Made by a program: the position numbers and the translations under genes. This document shows, piece by piece, positions 29,417-39,335 of a DNA stretch of 64,000 bases (its first letter is position 1; every line of letters starts with the position of its first letter). The notes under the pieces were generated by a model, which was given only the letters and a program-made list of their open reading frames with translations, ran no database searches and was not told the DNA's origin. The DNA comes from Candidatus Pelagibacter sp. (lineage in GTDB: Bacteria > Pseudomonadota > Alphaproteobacteria > Pelagibacterales > Pelagibacteraceae): NCBI RefSeq assembly GCF_052049975.1, contig NZ_JBNGYZ010000001.1:314468-378467 (forward strand). Direction: 5' to 3'.

Positions 29417-30231
29417 TGGCACTTGTTACCACAACTTACCTTTATGAAAATTTAGATAAGGTAAAAATTATTGACTGTTCGTGGCATATGCCAAATGTAA
29501 ATCGTGATGGAAAAAAAGAGTATGATCTAAAACATATTCCAGGAGCTGTTTTTTTTGATTTAGATAAAAATTCAAAAAAAGATACAGATTTACCACATAT
29601 GTTAGTGAATAAAGAAGATTGGGAAAAAATTGTATCTGATTTAGGAATTAACAATGAAGATGAGATAATAATATACGATAATTCAGATGTAATTAGTTCA
29701 TGTAGATGTTGGTATAATTTTATTTATTATGGTCATGATATAAATCTTGTGAATATTTTGGATGGTGGGTTAAATAAATGGACATCAGAAAAAAAAATTA
29801 CAAATTCTAATAAAAAGCAAATAACTTCATCAAATTATATCTCAAAAGAAAAAAAAGAACTTGTCAAAAGTAAGAAACAAATTGACGAAAATATTTTAAA
29901 AAAAGAATTTCTTGTTGTGGATGCAAGAAATAGAGACAGGTTTGATGGAAAAGTAAAAGAGCCAAGACCTGGTCTAAGAAGTGGCTCAATACCAAATTCT
30001 AAATGTTTGCCGTTTAACGAATTAGTGAATATTGACAAAACTTTTAAAGATAAAAACCAGCTAATTAATTTGTTTGAAACTAATTTAGGATCAATAAAAA
30101 TAGACGAAGTGGTATTTTCTTGTGGATCTGGTGTTACTGCATGTGTTTTGGCTTTTGCATATTTTCTGATTAATGATAAGTATAAGCCAAAAATATACGA
30201 CGGTTCGTGGGCCGAGTATGGGAAAATTTAA
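29416..30231 (+). CDS. sseA: 3-mercaptopyruvate/thiosulfate sulfurtransferase (rhodanese)
   Basis: HIPGAVFFD, LDGG, DARxxxRF, GSIPNS, CGSGVTAC, YDGSWAEY. Confidence 0.9.
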   Translation: MALVTTTYLYENLDKVKIIDCSWHMPNVNRDGKKEYDLKHIPGAVFFDLDKNSKKDTDLPHMLVNKEDWEKIVSDLGINNEDEIIIYDNSDVISSCRCWYNFIYYGHDINLVNILDGGLNKWTSEKKITNSNKKQITSSNYISKEKKELVKSKKQIDENILKKEFLVVDARNRDRFDGKVKEPRPGLRSGSIPNSKCLPFNELVNIDKTFKDKNQLINLFETNLGSIKIDEVVFSCGSGVTACVLAFAYFLINDKYKPKIYDGSWAEYGKI

Positions 30232-31101
30232 ATGAAAAGAAATACAAAAATTTTTACAATAATCATTACATTTTTTTTAATAATCACAATTGTAGTTGTT
30301 GGTCGAACAATGGTTGGCAATTATTTCAAAAAAAAATTTAGTAAAAGACCACCTCCAGGAATTATTGTTACCGAAGTAATCAATAAAAAATTCCATGAAA
30401 GTATAGATACCTTTGGTACAGCTGTATCAAATAAGACAAAATCATTTCGAATAAAAAAAGATGATCTTCAAAATGAGTTACAGCTGAACAATTTTATTAA
30501 AAAAGGGGAAGTGATTGTAGAACTAAAAGAAAAAAATATAGTAGCTCCTTTTGATGGTGTACTAGGCTATACAGGTTTGACGGAAGATATATTGGTATCT
30601 GACAGCACAATTATAATTACTCTAGATGATAATTCTGTAATTTATTCTGATATCAAAATTCCTGAAAATTATTCTGCGATGATTAAAAAAGGCTTACCAG
30701 TTGAAGCTAAGGTGTCGAGCTACAAAGATAAAGTATTTGAAGGTAAAATTGATTTTGTATCTAGTAGAATTAATGCTGATACTAGAAGCTTATTAAGTAG
30801 AGTCAAAATTGAAAACAATAATCTTGAATTAATGTCTGGCTCATTACTAGAAGTAAATATAAAAATTAATTCAAGAGAAAGTCTAAGCGTTCCAGATACT
30901 AGCGTTATTATGGAAGGAGAAAAAACCTATGTGTATAAAATTTCAAATGAAAATATAGCACAAAAAACTGAGGTAGAAATCGGAATTAGAAAAAAAGGAA
31001 ATATAGAAATCAAATCTGGATTAAATATAGGTGATGTTGTTGCTGCTGAAGGTCTTAAAAAAGTAAGACCAAATGGAAAAATAAAACCAATTAAAAATTA
31101 A
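30232..31101 (+). CDS. RND efflux periplasmic adaptor (membrane fusion protein)
   Basis: N-terminal TM anchor, IVAPFDGVLG, SRINADTRS, VPDTSV, VEIGIR, GLNIGDVV. Upstream of the RND permease. Confidence 0.88.
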   Translation: MKRNTKIFTIIITFFLIITIVVVGRTMVGNYFKKKFSKRPPPGIIVTEVINKKFHESIDTFGTAVSNKTKSFRIKKDDLQNELQLNNFIKKGEVIVELKEKNIVAPFDGVLGYTGLTEDILVSDSTIIITLDDNSVIYSDIKIPENYSAMIKKGLPVEAKVSSYKDKVFEGKIDFVSSRINADTRSLLSRVKIENNNLELMSGSLLEVNIKINSRESLSVPDTSVIMEGEKTYVYKISNENIAQKTEVEIGIRKKGNIEIKSGLNIGDVVAAEGLKKVRPNGKIKPIKN

Positions 31102-34100
31102 TGTATATCACAGAGTTAAGTATAAAAAGACCTACAGTATCCTGGGTTATGTCTTTGATACTAATAATTTTTGGTTTATTTGTATTTTGGAAATTACCTG
31201 TAAGAGAGCTCCCAGACGGGATACAGCCTCCGGTAGTTCAAATACAAGTAGATTATAAATCTGCTGCTTCAGATATTGTTGATCAAGAAGTAACTCAAGT
31301 TATAGAAGACGTAATTGGGGGTGCAGAGGGAATTAAGAATATAGATTCAAAATCTGAAAATGGAAGAAGTACAATCAATGTTGAATTTGATACCAGTATA
31401 GATTTAGATAACGCTGCAAATGACATAAGAGAAAGAGTGGCACGTGTTGTAGATAATCTTCCATCTGAGTCTGACCCGCCTCAAATTTTAAAAAGAGCAG
31501 CAGGTTTCACAACAACTATGTGGCTAGCGCTTTCATCTAAAACTTGGAGTGATTTAGAGCTTGGAGATTATGCTGAACGTTTTTTAGTTGATACATTTTC
31601 AAGCGTGAAAAATGTTGGGAGAATTAGAGTTGGTGGGTTAAGAGAGTTAAGTATAAGAATTTGGATTGATCCAATAAAATTAGCGGCAAATAATTTGACT
31701 GTTCAAGAATTTGAAAACGCTCTAAGACAAGAAAATATCAGATTACCAGCAGGTACTCTTGAAGCTGCAAACATTGATTTAACTTTAAATCTAGATAAAT
31801 CATATAATGATATTGAAACGATTAGACAATTACCAATTAAAAAAACAAGAAATAACACAGTTTTATTGTCAGATATTGCCAATGTTGAATTTGGACCTGT
31901 ATCAGAAAAAACATTATTTAAAGCTCAAACTAAAGACCAACTAAACTTGAAGACAGTTGGAATTGGAATTTATGCAAGAAGTGGCGCATCAACAGTAGAG
32001 TTATCCGATCAGATTAAAGAAAAAATTAAAGAAGTTAAAAAATCTTTACCAAATGATTTGAATCTTGAAATTGCATTTAATCGTGCAAATTATGTGGAAG
32101 CCGCTATTGAAGAAGTTTATAAAACCTTAATTATTGCATTTATATTAGTTGTAATAATTATTTATTTATTCTTAGGAAACTTAAAAGCTGTAATTGTTCC
32201 TGCAATAGCTCTTCCTGTCAGTTTGATAGCATCTTTTTTGGGTTTATATATTTTTGGGTTATCAATAAATATTTTTGTTCTATTGAGCTTCATACTAGCA
32301 ATTGGAATTATAACGGATGACTCAGTCATTATGACTGATGCTATATACAGAAGAATTGAAAATGGTGAAACACCGCTAGTTGCAGCTTACAAAGGTTCAA
32401 AACAAATTTCTTTTGCAATAATAGCCACAACTTTAATTTTAATAGCTGTTTTTTTACCTTTAATATTCATTGATGGAATATCTGGATCTCTTTTTAGAGA
32501 AACCGCTATAGCATTGTCATTCTCTATTGTCATTTCGTCATTTGTAGCTTTGACATTATCTCCAATGTTGGCAAGTAAATTTTTAGATAGAAAATCTGAT
32601 AAAAATATATTTTTAAAAAAATTTGAAAATTTTTTCAAATCTTTTGCAAATTTTTACAAAGACACCCTCAACATTTTATTAAATAAAACAAAATTAATTT
32701 CAATCTTCATTATCTTTATATTAATTGTATCTGTTGGTTTATTTTCATTTACAAAAAAAGAATTACTCCCTTCTGAAGATAGAGGTGCTTATTTAGTTAT
32801 TGGCTTCACTGATGAAGGTAGTTCTTTTGAGTATACGCAAGAAAAAGCTCAAGAAGTTGAAAAGAGATTAATACCGCTTCTTCAAGCTGAAGATAGCCCT
32901 TATTCAAGATTTATAATGAGAGTACCTGGTTTTGGTAGTTCTGCAAACTCGTATAATAGCTTTATTATTATTGCACTATTAGATGATTGGAAAAATAGAA
33001 AGAACGACTCTCTAACAGTAATGAGACAAGCAATTGGAAAAATAGTAACTGTTCCACAAGCTGTTGCATTTCCAATATCTCCTCAATCAATAAGAGTTTC
33101 AAATTATAATAAACCTGTTCAGATGGTAATTTATGGTTCTACTTATGATGAATTAGAAAATATTCAAAATCAAGTTATTAGAAAGTTGAGAACAAATAAA
33201 AATCTTTCAAGAATAGAGTCAGACTACAATAGAAATAAACCTGAAGTAAAACTCTTAATTAATAAAAATAAAGCAAAAGACTTGGGTGTATCTACTCAAT
33301 CAATTGGAAAAACACTTGAAACTCTTTATGGAGGTAAGAGGGTTACGACGTTTAATAGACTTGGAAAAGAATACCCAATAATAATTCAACAATATTTAGC
33401 AGATAGAAGAGATAAAGACGGTATATCAAAAATTTATGTTAGATCAGAAACTAGTGGCAAATTAATTTCTTTAGCAAATTTAGTAAGTTTTAGCCAAGAG
33501 GGTGCAGCTAAAGAACTGGCTAGATATAATAGACAAAGAGCAGTAACTATATCAGCAAACATTAATGAGGGTTATACTCTAACCGAAGCAATAAACTTTT
33601 TAGAAAACACAATGTCTGAAGTAGCTCCACAAAATCAAATTACTTGGAAGGGGAAATCTGAAGAAGTAAAAGAGACAAGTAATGAATTATTCTTAATTTT
33701 TGCTTTAGCATTACTCACAGCATATTTGGTGATGGCAGCAACCTTTAATTCTTTTATACATCCATTTATTATAGTTTTGACTGTTCCATTAGCAATTTTT
33801 GGAGGGCTAACATTCATATTATTTTTGAACAGCTCAATAAATATATTTTCACAAATAGCATTAATTATTCTCATAGGGATTTCGACAAAGAACAGTATTT
33901 TAATTGTTGATTATGCTAATCAAATAAGAACAACAGGAAAAAATATCGAAGCTGCAGTTAAAGATGCATGCAATATAAGATTTAGACCAATAATAATGAC
34001 CTCATTAAGTACAATGATAGCAATGGTACCATTAGTAATAGGAAATATAGGTCCTGGAGCTGGTGAAGGATCAAGATTAGCAGTAGGTTCGACTATTCTT

Positions 34101-34229
34101 GGAGGCATGATAATTTCTACCTTCTTTACTCTATATGTGACACCATCTATGTATTTGGCTTTAGCTAAAAATACAAAAAGAATTGACGCCGTAGATTTAG
34201 AGTTAAAAACTCAACTTTCTAAAAAATAA
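31101..34229 (+). CDS. RND efflux permease, AcrB/AcrD/AcrF family
   Basis: 1042 aa, IKRP start, TDDSV proton-relay Asp pair, TKNSILIVDY, RFRPIIMT. Confidence 0.93.
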   Translation: MYITELSIKRPTVSWVMSLILIIFGLFVFWKLPVRELPDGIQPPVVQIQVDYKSAASDIVDQEVTQVIEDVIGGAEGIKNIDSKSENGRSTINVEFDTSIDLDNAANDIRERVARVVDNLPSESDPPQILKRAAGFTTTMWLALSSKTWSDLELGDYAERFLVDTFSSVKNVGRIRVGGLRELSIRIWIDPIKLAANNLTVQEFENALRQENIRLPAGTLEAANIDLTLNLDKSYNDIETIRQLPIKKTRNNTVLLSDIANVEFGPVSEKTLFKAQTKDQLNLKTVGIGIYARSGASTVELSDQIKEKIKEVKKSLPNDLNLEIAFNRANYVEAAIEEVYKTLIIAFILVVIIIYLFLGNLKAVIVPAIALPVSLIASFLGLYIFGLSINIFVLLSFILAIGIITDDSVIMTDAIYRRIENGETPLVAAYKGSKQISFAIIATTLILIAVFLPLIFIDGISGSLFRETAIALSFSIVISSFVALTLSPMLASKFLDRKSDKNIFLKKFENFFKSFANFYKDTLNILLNKTKLISIFIIFILIVSVGLFSFTKKELLPSEDRGAYLVIGFTDEGSSFEYTQEKAQEVEKRLIPLLQAEDSPYSRFIMRVPGFGSSANSYNSFIIIALLDDWKNRKNDSLTVMRQAIGKIVTVPQAVAFPISPQSIRVSNYNKPVQMVIYGSTYDELENIQNQVIRKLRTNKNLSRIESDYNRNKPEVKLLINKNKAKDLGVSTQSIGKTLETLYGGKRVTTFNRLGKEYPIIIQQYLADRRDKDGISKIYVRSETSGKLISLANLVSFSQEGAAKELARYNRQRAVTISANINEGYTLTEAINFLENTMSEVAPQNQITWKGKSEEVKETSNELFLIFALALLTAYLVMAATFNSFIHPFIIVLTVPLAIFGGLTFILFLNSSINIFSQIALIILIGISTKNSILIVDYANQIRTTGKNIEAAVKDACNIRFRPIIMTSLSTMIAMVPLVIGNIGPGAGEGSRLAVGSTILGGMIISTFFTLYVTPSMYLALAKNTKRIDAVDLELKTQLSKK

Positions 34230-34818
34230 TATATTTATTTTTATTTAATTTTCTTGAACATTGCGAAAGTTGTTTTTTATAAATTTTTGACTGTTTTTGA
34301 ACTTTTCTTGCTAAACCAATTACTTTTTTATTTTGTTTATAATGTTTGTAGTTGCCCCAACCTTCGTGATAAGCAATGTACTGTTTAAATGCATCTTTCT
34401 TAGAAATTTTAAGTATTTGATATGTTTTGTTTGTATACCATCCAATAAAATCAACACTGTCTTTGAATAAAACTCTTGAGGCTAATTTGTTATCTGTTTC
34501 TTCTTTGTATTGTTTCCACGTACCCTTAACAGCTTGCGAATAACCTAATGAACTAGAAGGTCTTTTATACGGAATAATCTTAAATATTTTTTGTCTTTCT
34601 GGTCTTGCTAACCAATCAAAATCAGACTCCATTCTGATTATTGCAAGTTGTATATGTATTGGAGTTCCCCACTTTTTTTCTGTTTTTTTTGCAAACTTAT
34701 ACCATAAATATTTTTCACTGAATATTGAACAGCCATCCGATGTATTACTAGGTATTGAAGAGCAGCTAACTAACAAAAGAAATAAGATAAAAAATTTTAT
34801 TTTATTTAAATTTTTCAT
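34219..34818 (-). CDS. Lipoprotein with lytic transglycosylase (SLT-like) domain
   Basis: Lipobox LVSC, KKWGTP, IRMESDF (catalytic Glu), SSSLGYSQA, YHEGWG. Confidence 0.75.
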   Translation of the reverse strand: MKNLNKIKFFILFLLLVSCSSIPSNTSDGCSIFSEKYLWYKFAKKTEKKWGTPIHIQLAIIRMESDFDWLARPERQKIFKIIPYKRPSSSLGYSQAVKGTWKQYKEETDNKLASRVLFKDSVDFIGWYTNKTYQILKISKKDAFKQYIAYHEGWGNYKHYKQNKKVIGLARKVQKQSKIYKKQLSQCSRKLNKNKYIIF

Positions 34819-35197
34819 AAACTTTTTTTATACACAGTAAAAATATTGAAGCTATTACTCCATATAAATTCCCAAATAAATCTTCATATTGAAAAGTTCT
34901 TTTAGGAATTATCATATGAAGTAGTTCAAGAATAATGGAATAAAATATTAAGAGAATTACAAAGTAAATTAATTTAGGGGAATTATAAAATGTTAGAATA
35001 CCTATAATTGAAATTAAAAAAAATGCATAAAAATGATTAGATGAAATTTCAAAAAAATCTGGAGTTATTTGTGGTTGTTTTGAAAAATCATTAAACACTA
35101 AGAACCCTGCTAAACTTCCTGGGAATAAATAAAATACAATAAAAATAATATTTGTAACCACAAAAATAATTTTATGATTTGAAAAAAAACGAATCAT
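34802..35197 (-). CDS. VanZ-like membrane protein
   Basis: Four TM segments, NHFYAF, LELLHMIIPKRTFQYEDLFGN. Confidence 0.7.
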   Translation of the reverse strand: MIRFFSNHKIIFVVTNIIFIVFYLFPGSLAGFLVFNDFSKQPQITPDFFEISSNHFYAFFLISIIGILTFYNSPKLIYFVILLIFYSIILELLHMIIPKRTFQYEDLFGNLYGVIASIFLLCIKKVYEKFK

Positions 35198-35241
35198 CTG
35201 TAGAAATTAATATTTAACAAAATTATATATAATTAATACTA

Positions 35242-35955
35242 ATGAGTTCTATTATTTTAGTAAGACACGGACAGAGTGTCTGGAACCTTGAAAAAAGATT
35301 CACAGGATGGGTAGATGTAGATATAACAGAAAAAGGCGAAGAAGAAGCCAAGAAAGCCGGACAATTATTATTAGATAATAAAATAAAAATTGAATTTTAT
35401 ATAACTTCCTATCAATTAAGAGCTCGACGAACTTTAAACATAATCAAAAAAACACTAAATGATGATAAATCCATTAATGAATTTTGGGAATTAAACGAGA
35501 GGCATTATGGTGCTCTTACCGGTTTAAATAAAGATGAAATGAAAATTAAACTTGGTGAAAAAAAAGTTCATGAATTCAGAAGATCGTGGGATGTAAGGCC
35601 AGATAAACTAGATCAAAATAACCCATATCACCCAAAAAATATTACTATATATAAAAATGTTCCTTCAGATCAATTACCAGATACAGAGTCTTTAGAAGAT
35701 ACATACAAAAGAGTCATAAGAATATATAAACAAGAAATTGAAGATAAATTAAAACATGGAAATATTCTAATTTCCGCACATGGTAACTCTATCAGAGCTC
35801 TTTGTAAGTTTTTATTTAAACTAGATGAAATACAAATATCAAAACTAGAAATACCTACTGGAAACCCACTTTTAATTAAATTTGATCAAGAAGAAAATAT
35901 AATTGAATGCAGGTACCTAGATAAAGATCGTGCTAAAGATCTTGTAGTTTTTTAA
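35242..35955 (+). CDS. gpmA: 2,3-BPG-dependent phosphoglycerate mutase
   Basis: LVRHGQSVWN, FTGWVDV, LNERHYGALTGLNK, RRSWD, AHGNSIRAL, IPTG. Confidence 0.95.
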   Translation: MSSIILVRHGQSVWNLEKRFTGWVDVDITEKGEEEAKKAGQLLLDNKIKIEFYITSYQLRARRTLNIIKKTLNDDKSINEFWELNERHYGALTGLNKDEMKIKLGEKKVHEFRRSWDVRPDKLDQNNPYHPKNITIYKNVPSDQLPDTESLEDTYKRVIRIYKQEIEDKLKHGNILISAHGNSIRALCKFLFKLDEIQISKLEIPTGNPLLIKFDQEENIIECRYLDKDRAKDLVVF

Positions 35956-36622
35956 ATACTTCTAAATTAGTTACATGAAAAAATTTATTTTTACTTTCAA
36001 AACCACTTAGTTTTCTGCTACTTAGCAATTCGTTCCAAATTTTATTTATTCTAAAAGGTTCTAATTTAAATTTTTGAAACAAACTTTTATTTAATATCTG
36101 ACAACCCGTAAAAATATAATCATTCTTATCTTCATTATAAATTAAATTATTTTGAAGATTAAAATCTCCATCTAGTGTTTCATCAAAACTTAAATTTTTA
36201 TTCACAAGTAATAAAATATTATTTAGTTTATTTTCAAAATATAAATTTTCCATTTTTTTTAACTCATCAAGATAATCTATGCTCCACACTGTATCAGGAT
36301 TAAAAACAAAAAAATCATTTGAATTAGATTTTTCAAGAAGATTCAATATGCCTCCTCCTGTATCTAAAATTTCTTCTCCTTCATCAATTATAAAAATTTC
36401 TGAATTATAATTATGATCTTCTATAAATCTTTTGATTTCCTTTTTTAAATGGAAAACATTTAGATAAATTTTATGAATTCCTAGTTTCTCAATCAAATTA
36501 ATACATCTTTCCAACAATGTTAGATTATTTATCTCTAAAAGAGGTTTTGGTATTTGATTTGTCAACGGTCTAACACGTTTTCCAAAACCAGCACATAGAA
36601 TAAAAGCAGTATCTAATTTCAT
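35933..36622 (-). CDS. Nucleotidyltransferase, MurU-like
   Basis: CAGFGKRVRPLT, PKPLL, LDTGGGI, FTGCQI. Directly downstream of the kinase and tsaE. Confidence 0.75.
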   Translation of the reverse strand: MKLDTAFILCAGFGKRVRPLTNQIPKPLLEINNLTLLERCINLIEKLGIHKIYLNVFHLKKEIKRFIEDHNYNSEIFIIDEGEEILDTGGGILNLLEKSNSNDFFVFNPDTVWSIDYLDELKKMENLYFENKLNNILLLVNKNLSFDETLDGDFNLQNNLIYNEDKNDYIFTGCQILNKSLFQKFKLEPFRINKIWNELLSSRKLSGFESKNKFFHVTNLEVFKKLQDL

Positions 36623-37569
36623 TTAATTTCTTTAGGAAACTCTCTTTGTAATATCAACTTTAATTTATTTAAATTCCTATTTTGATTTATTCTTAGATTT
36701 ATTAATTTCCAAGCATATGGAATTAATCTTAAATATTTTTTTTTATTATCTCTTATTGCTAATCTTTTAAAAATTCCAATTATTTTTAAATTACGTAAAA
36801 CGGATAAAATTTCAAAATCATTCTTAAATTTTTCAGGAAATAATTCTCTTCTTGTTTTTAAAAAATAAGAAAACATTTTATCTTTAATTTCGTTTGAAGT
36901 TTTAAACCTTACATCGTCAATAAGAGATGCCAAATCATAAGCTTTATTTCCAATTAAAGCATCCTGACTATCAATCAAACTAGTTGTATTTTTATTTAAC
37001 ATGATGTTTGAAACATGAAAATCTCTATGCACAAAACAATCATTTTTATAATTAAGTTTTGCTAGTATTTTTCTTAATTCTCTTTTTAGTAATGAATTAA
37101 ATTTTTTGTGTTTTGATTTTGTTAAAGCTGAAATCACATACCAATCACAAAATAATATAGCCTCTTTATATAATATTTCTTTACTATAATTGGGTATGAC
37201 ATAAGTCTGTTTTATAAAATTTTTTGTTTTTTTATTTTTAATTTTTTGTAATTTATTCAGCAAATCTATTGCTTTTTTTAGATATTTTAAATCATTATGA
37301 CTTTTGTTTAAAAAATTAAACATAGTTTTTTTTCCTAAATCTTCAATTTCTATATAATTTAATGAGTATCTTTGCTTAATGAGCTTTGGTGCTTTTATTT
37401 TATTCCTGATTAAAATCTTATTAACCGCATCATATATTAATAAATTTTTTTCTTTTTCTTTATTTGCAAAAACAATAATTGATGATTTTAAATTGAAATA
37501 TTTTCTGTAAAATTTTCTAAAAGATGCATCACCTTTAATATTTTCAATTTTATATTTTTTATTTTTCAT
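36619..37569 (-). CDS. APH-fold phosphotransferase, AmgK-like (MurNAc/GlcNAc anomeric kinase)
   Basis: GDASFRKFYR, EDLG, HRDFHVSNIM, IDSQDA, YDLASL, LKIIGIFKRL..RDNK. Confidence 0.78.
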   Translation of the reverse strand: MKNKKYKIENIKGDASFRKFYRKYFNLKSSIIVFANKEKEKNLLIYDAVNKILIRNKIKAPKLIKQRYSLNYIEIEDLGKKTMFNFLNKSHNDLKYLKKAIDLLNKLQKIKNKKTKNFIKQTYVIPNYSKEILYKEAILFCDWYVISALTKSKHKKFNSLLKRELRKILAKLNYKNDCFVHRDFHVSNIMLNKNTTSLIDSQDALIGNKAYDLASLIDDVRFKTSNEIKDKMFSYFLKTRRELFPEKFKNDFEILSVLRNLKIIGIFKRLAIRDNKKKYLRLIPYAWKLINLRINQNRNLNKLKLILQREFPKEIK

Positions 37570-38023
37570 TTTTAATTAAGTTTTCATAACTAAACTCTCT
37601 ATTTATATAGTCTTTTGAGTAAGATAGTTTTAATTTAATAAAATCTTTATCATCATTTAACAAAATATTAGGCCATTCTATCAATTTAATTGCTTCAATT
37701 TCATCTTCAAAGATTCCTAAATTTTTTGTTTCATCAAAATTTTTTAATCTATAGAGGTCATAGTGTTGAATAAGTAAACTTTTAATTTGATATTCATTCA
37801 TGATATTAAAAGTTGGGCTAGGAACTTCAGATATGTCTATATTATTTTTTTTTTGAAGTTCATTTATCAAAAATCTTACTAAAGTCGTTTTACCTACGCC
37901 CATTTCACCAATCAAAAAAACAATATCTCCTGGCTTAAGAATATTGGATAATTCTGAGGCTATTTCTGCTGTAATTTTTTCTGAGGGAATTTCTATTTTA
38001 CCACTGCTAGTAGCGATATGCAT
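37559..38023 (-). CDS. tsaE: tRNA t6A biosynthesis ATPase TsaE
   Basis: [26 protein letters not shown]. Start ATG 38023 preferred. Confidence 0.92.
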   Translation of the reverse strand: MHIATSSGKIEIPSEKITAEIASELSNILKPGDIVFLIGEMGVGKTTLVRFLINELQKKNNIDISEVPSPTFNIMNEYQIKSLLIQHYDLYRLKNFDETKNLGIFEDEIEAIKLIEWPNILLNDDKDFIKLKLSYSKDYINREFSYENLIKNEK

Positions 38024-39293
38024 CTGGTTTGAACGGACCTTCTGTACCAACACTAATATAATCAGCTTGATCTTTGGAAAGTTTTGTTAATTTTGCTCCG
38101 ACTTTTTTTAGATGAAGCATTGCAACTTTTTCATCTAAATGTTTTGGTAACACATAAACTTTATTTTCATAATTTTTATGATTATTCCAAAGTTCTATTT
38201 GAGCAATTACTTGATTAGTAAATGATGCACTCATAACAAAACTTGGATGTCCTGTGGCACAACCTAAATTTACCAATCTACCTTCAGCTAACAATATAAT
38301 TCTCTTTCCACTTGGTAATTCAATTTCATGTACTTGAGGTTTAACTTCTGTCCATTTGTAATTTTTTAATGCTTCTACTTGTATCTCATTGTCAAAATGA
38401 CCTATATTACAAAGTATAGCTCTATCCTTCATGTCTCTCATATGGTCTGCAGTGACAATATCTTTATTTCCAGTTGCTGTTACAACAATATCTGCTTTGC
38501 TTATTGCCTCTTCCATCAAAACAACTTCATAACCTTCCATTGCTGCTTGAAGTGCACATATCGGATCGGCTTCTGTTACAAGTACTCTCGCCCCACTTTG
38601 TCTTAATGAAGCGGCACTTCCTTTACCTACGTCACCAAAACCAGCAACAATAGCAACTTTTCCTGACATCATTACGTCTGTTGCTCTTCTTATTCCGTCT
38701 ACTAAACTTTCTCTACATCCATAAAGATTGTCAAATTTTGATTTTGTTACAGAGTCATTAACATTTATTGCTGGAACCAATAGAGTTTTATCTTTCTCCA
38801 TTTTATTTAAAGCTTTAATTCCAGTTGTAGTCTCTTCAGAGACACCTTTAATATCTTTTAGTAAATCCTTATACTCATTATGCATCATGGCTGTTAAATC
38901 ACCACCATCATCTAATAGCATATTAGGTTTCCAATCCTTTTTTCCTTCTATAGTCTGCTTTATGCACCAAATATATTCTTCTTCTGTTTCGCCTTTCCAT
39001 GCATAAACAGGAATTCCTGCTTTTGCAATTGCAGCTGCTGCATGATCTTGAGTTGAAAAAATATTACAAGAAGACCATCTTACTTCAGCTCCAAGGTGAA
39101 CTAACGTTTCAATTAGCACCGCTGTTTGAATTGTCATGTGCAAACAACCAATTATTTTTGCACCTTTTAGAGGTTGTTTGTCTTTATACTCTTCTCTTAA
39201 TGCCATTAATCCAGGCATTTCACTTTCAGCTATTAATATTTCTTTTCTACCAAAATCAGCATCTGATATATTTTTTACTTTAAAATCATCCAT
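38007..39293 (-). CDS. ahcY: Adenosylhomocysteinase
   Basis: [59 protein letters not shown]. Confidence 0.98.
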   Translation of the reverse strand: MDDFKVKNISDADFGRKEILIAESEMPGLMALREEYKDKQPLKGAKIIGCLHMTIQTAVLIETLVHLGAEVRWSSCNIFSTQDHAAAAIAKAGIPVYAWKGETEEEYIWCIKQTIEGKKDWKPNMLLDDGGDLTAMMHNEYKDLLKDIKGVSEETTTGIKALNKMEKDKTLLVPAINVNDSVTKSKFDNLYGCRESLVDGIRRATDVMMSGKVAIVAGFGDVGKGSAASLRQSGARVLVTEADPICALQAAMEGYEVVLMEEAISKADIVVTATGNKDIVTADHMRDMKDRAILCNIGHFDNEIQVEALKNYKWTEVKPQVHEIELPSGKRIILLAEGRLVNLGCATGHPSFVMSASFTNQVIAQIELWNNHKNYENKVYVLPKHLDEKVAMLHLKKVGAKLTKLSKDQADYISVGTEGPFKPDAYRY

Positions 39294-39335
39294 GGCGTGG
39301 CTTCTAGCAATTAATTATATATTAATCAACAAAGA

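Noticed and set aside
35221-35234. Perfect palindrome AATTATATATAATT before gpmA
   Set aside because: Pure A/T low-complexity sequence, expected by chance at this base composition.
39294-39335. Possible SAH or SAM-SAH riboswitch before ahcY
   Set aside because: Only 42 nt, mostly A/T, with no aptamer pattern. The short GC patch next to the ATG is insufficient.
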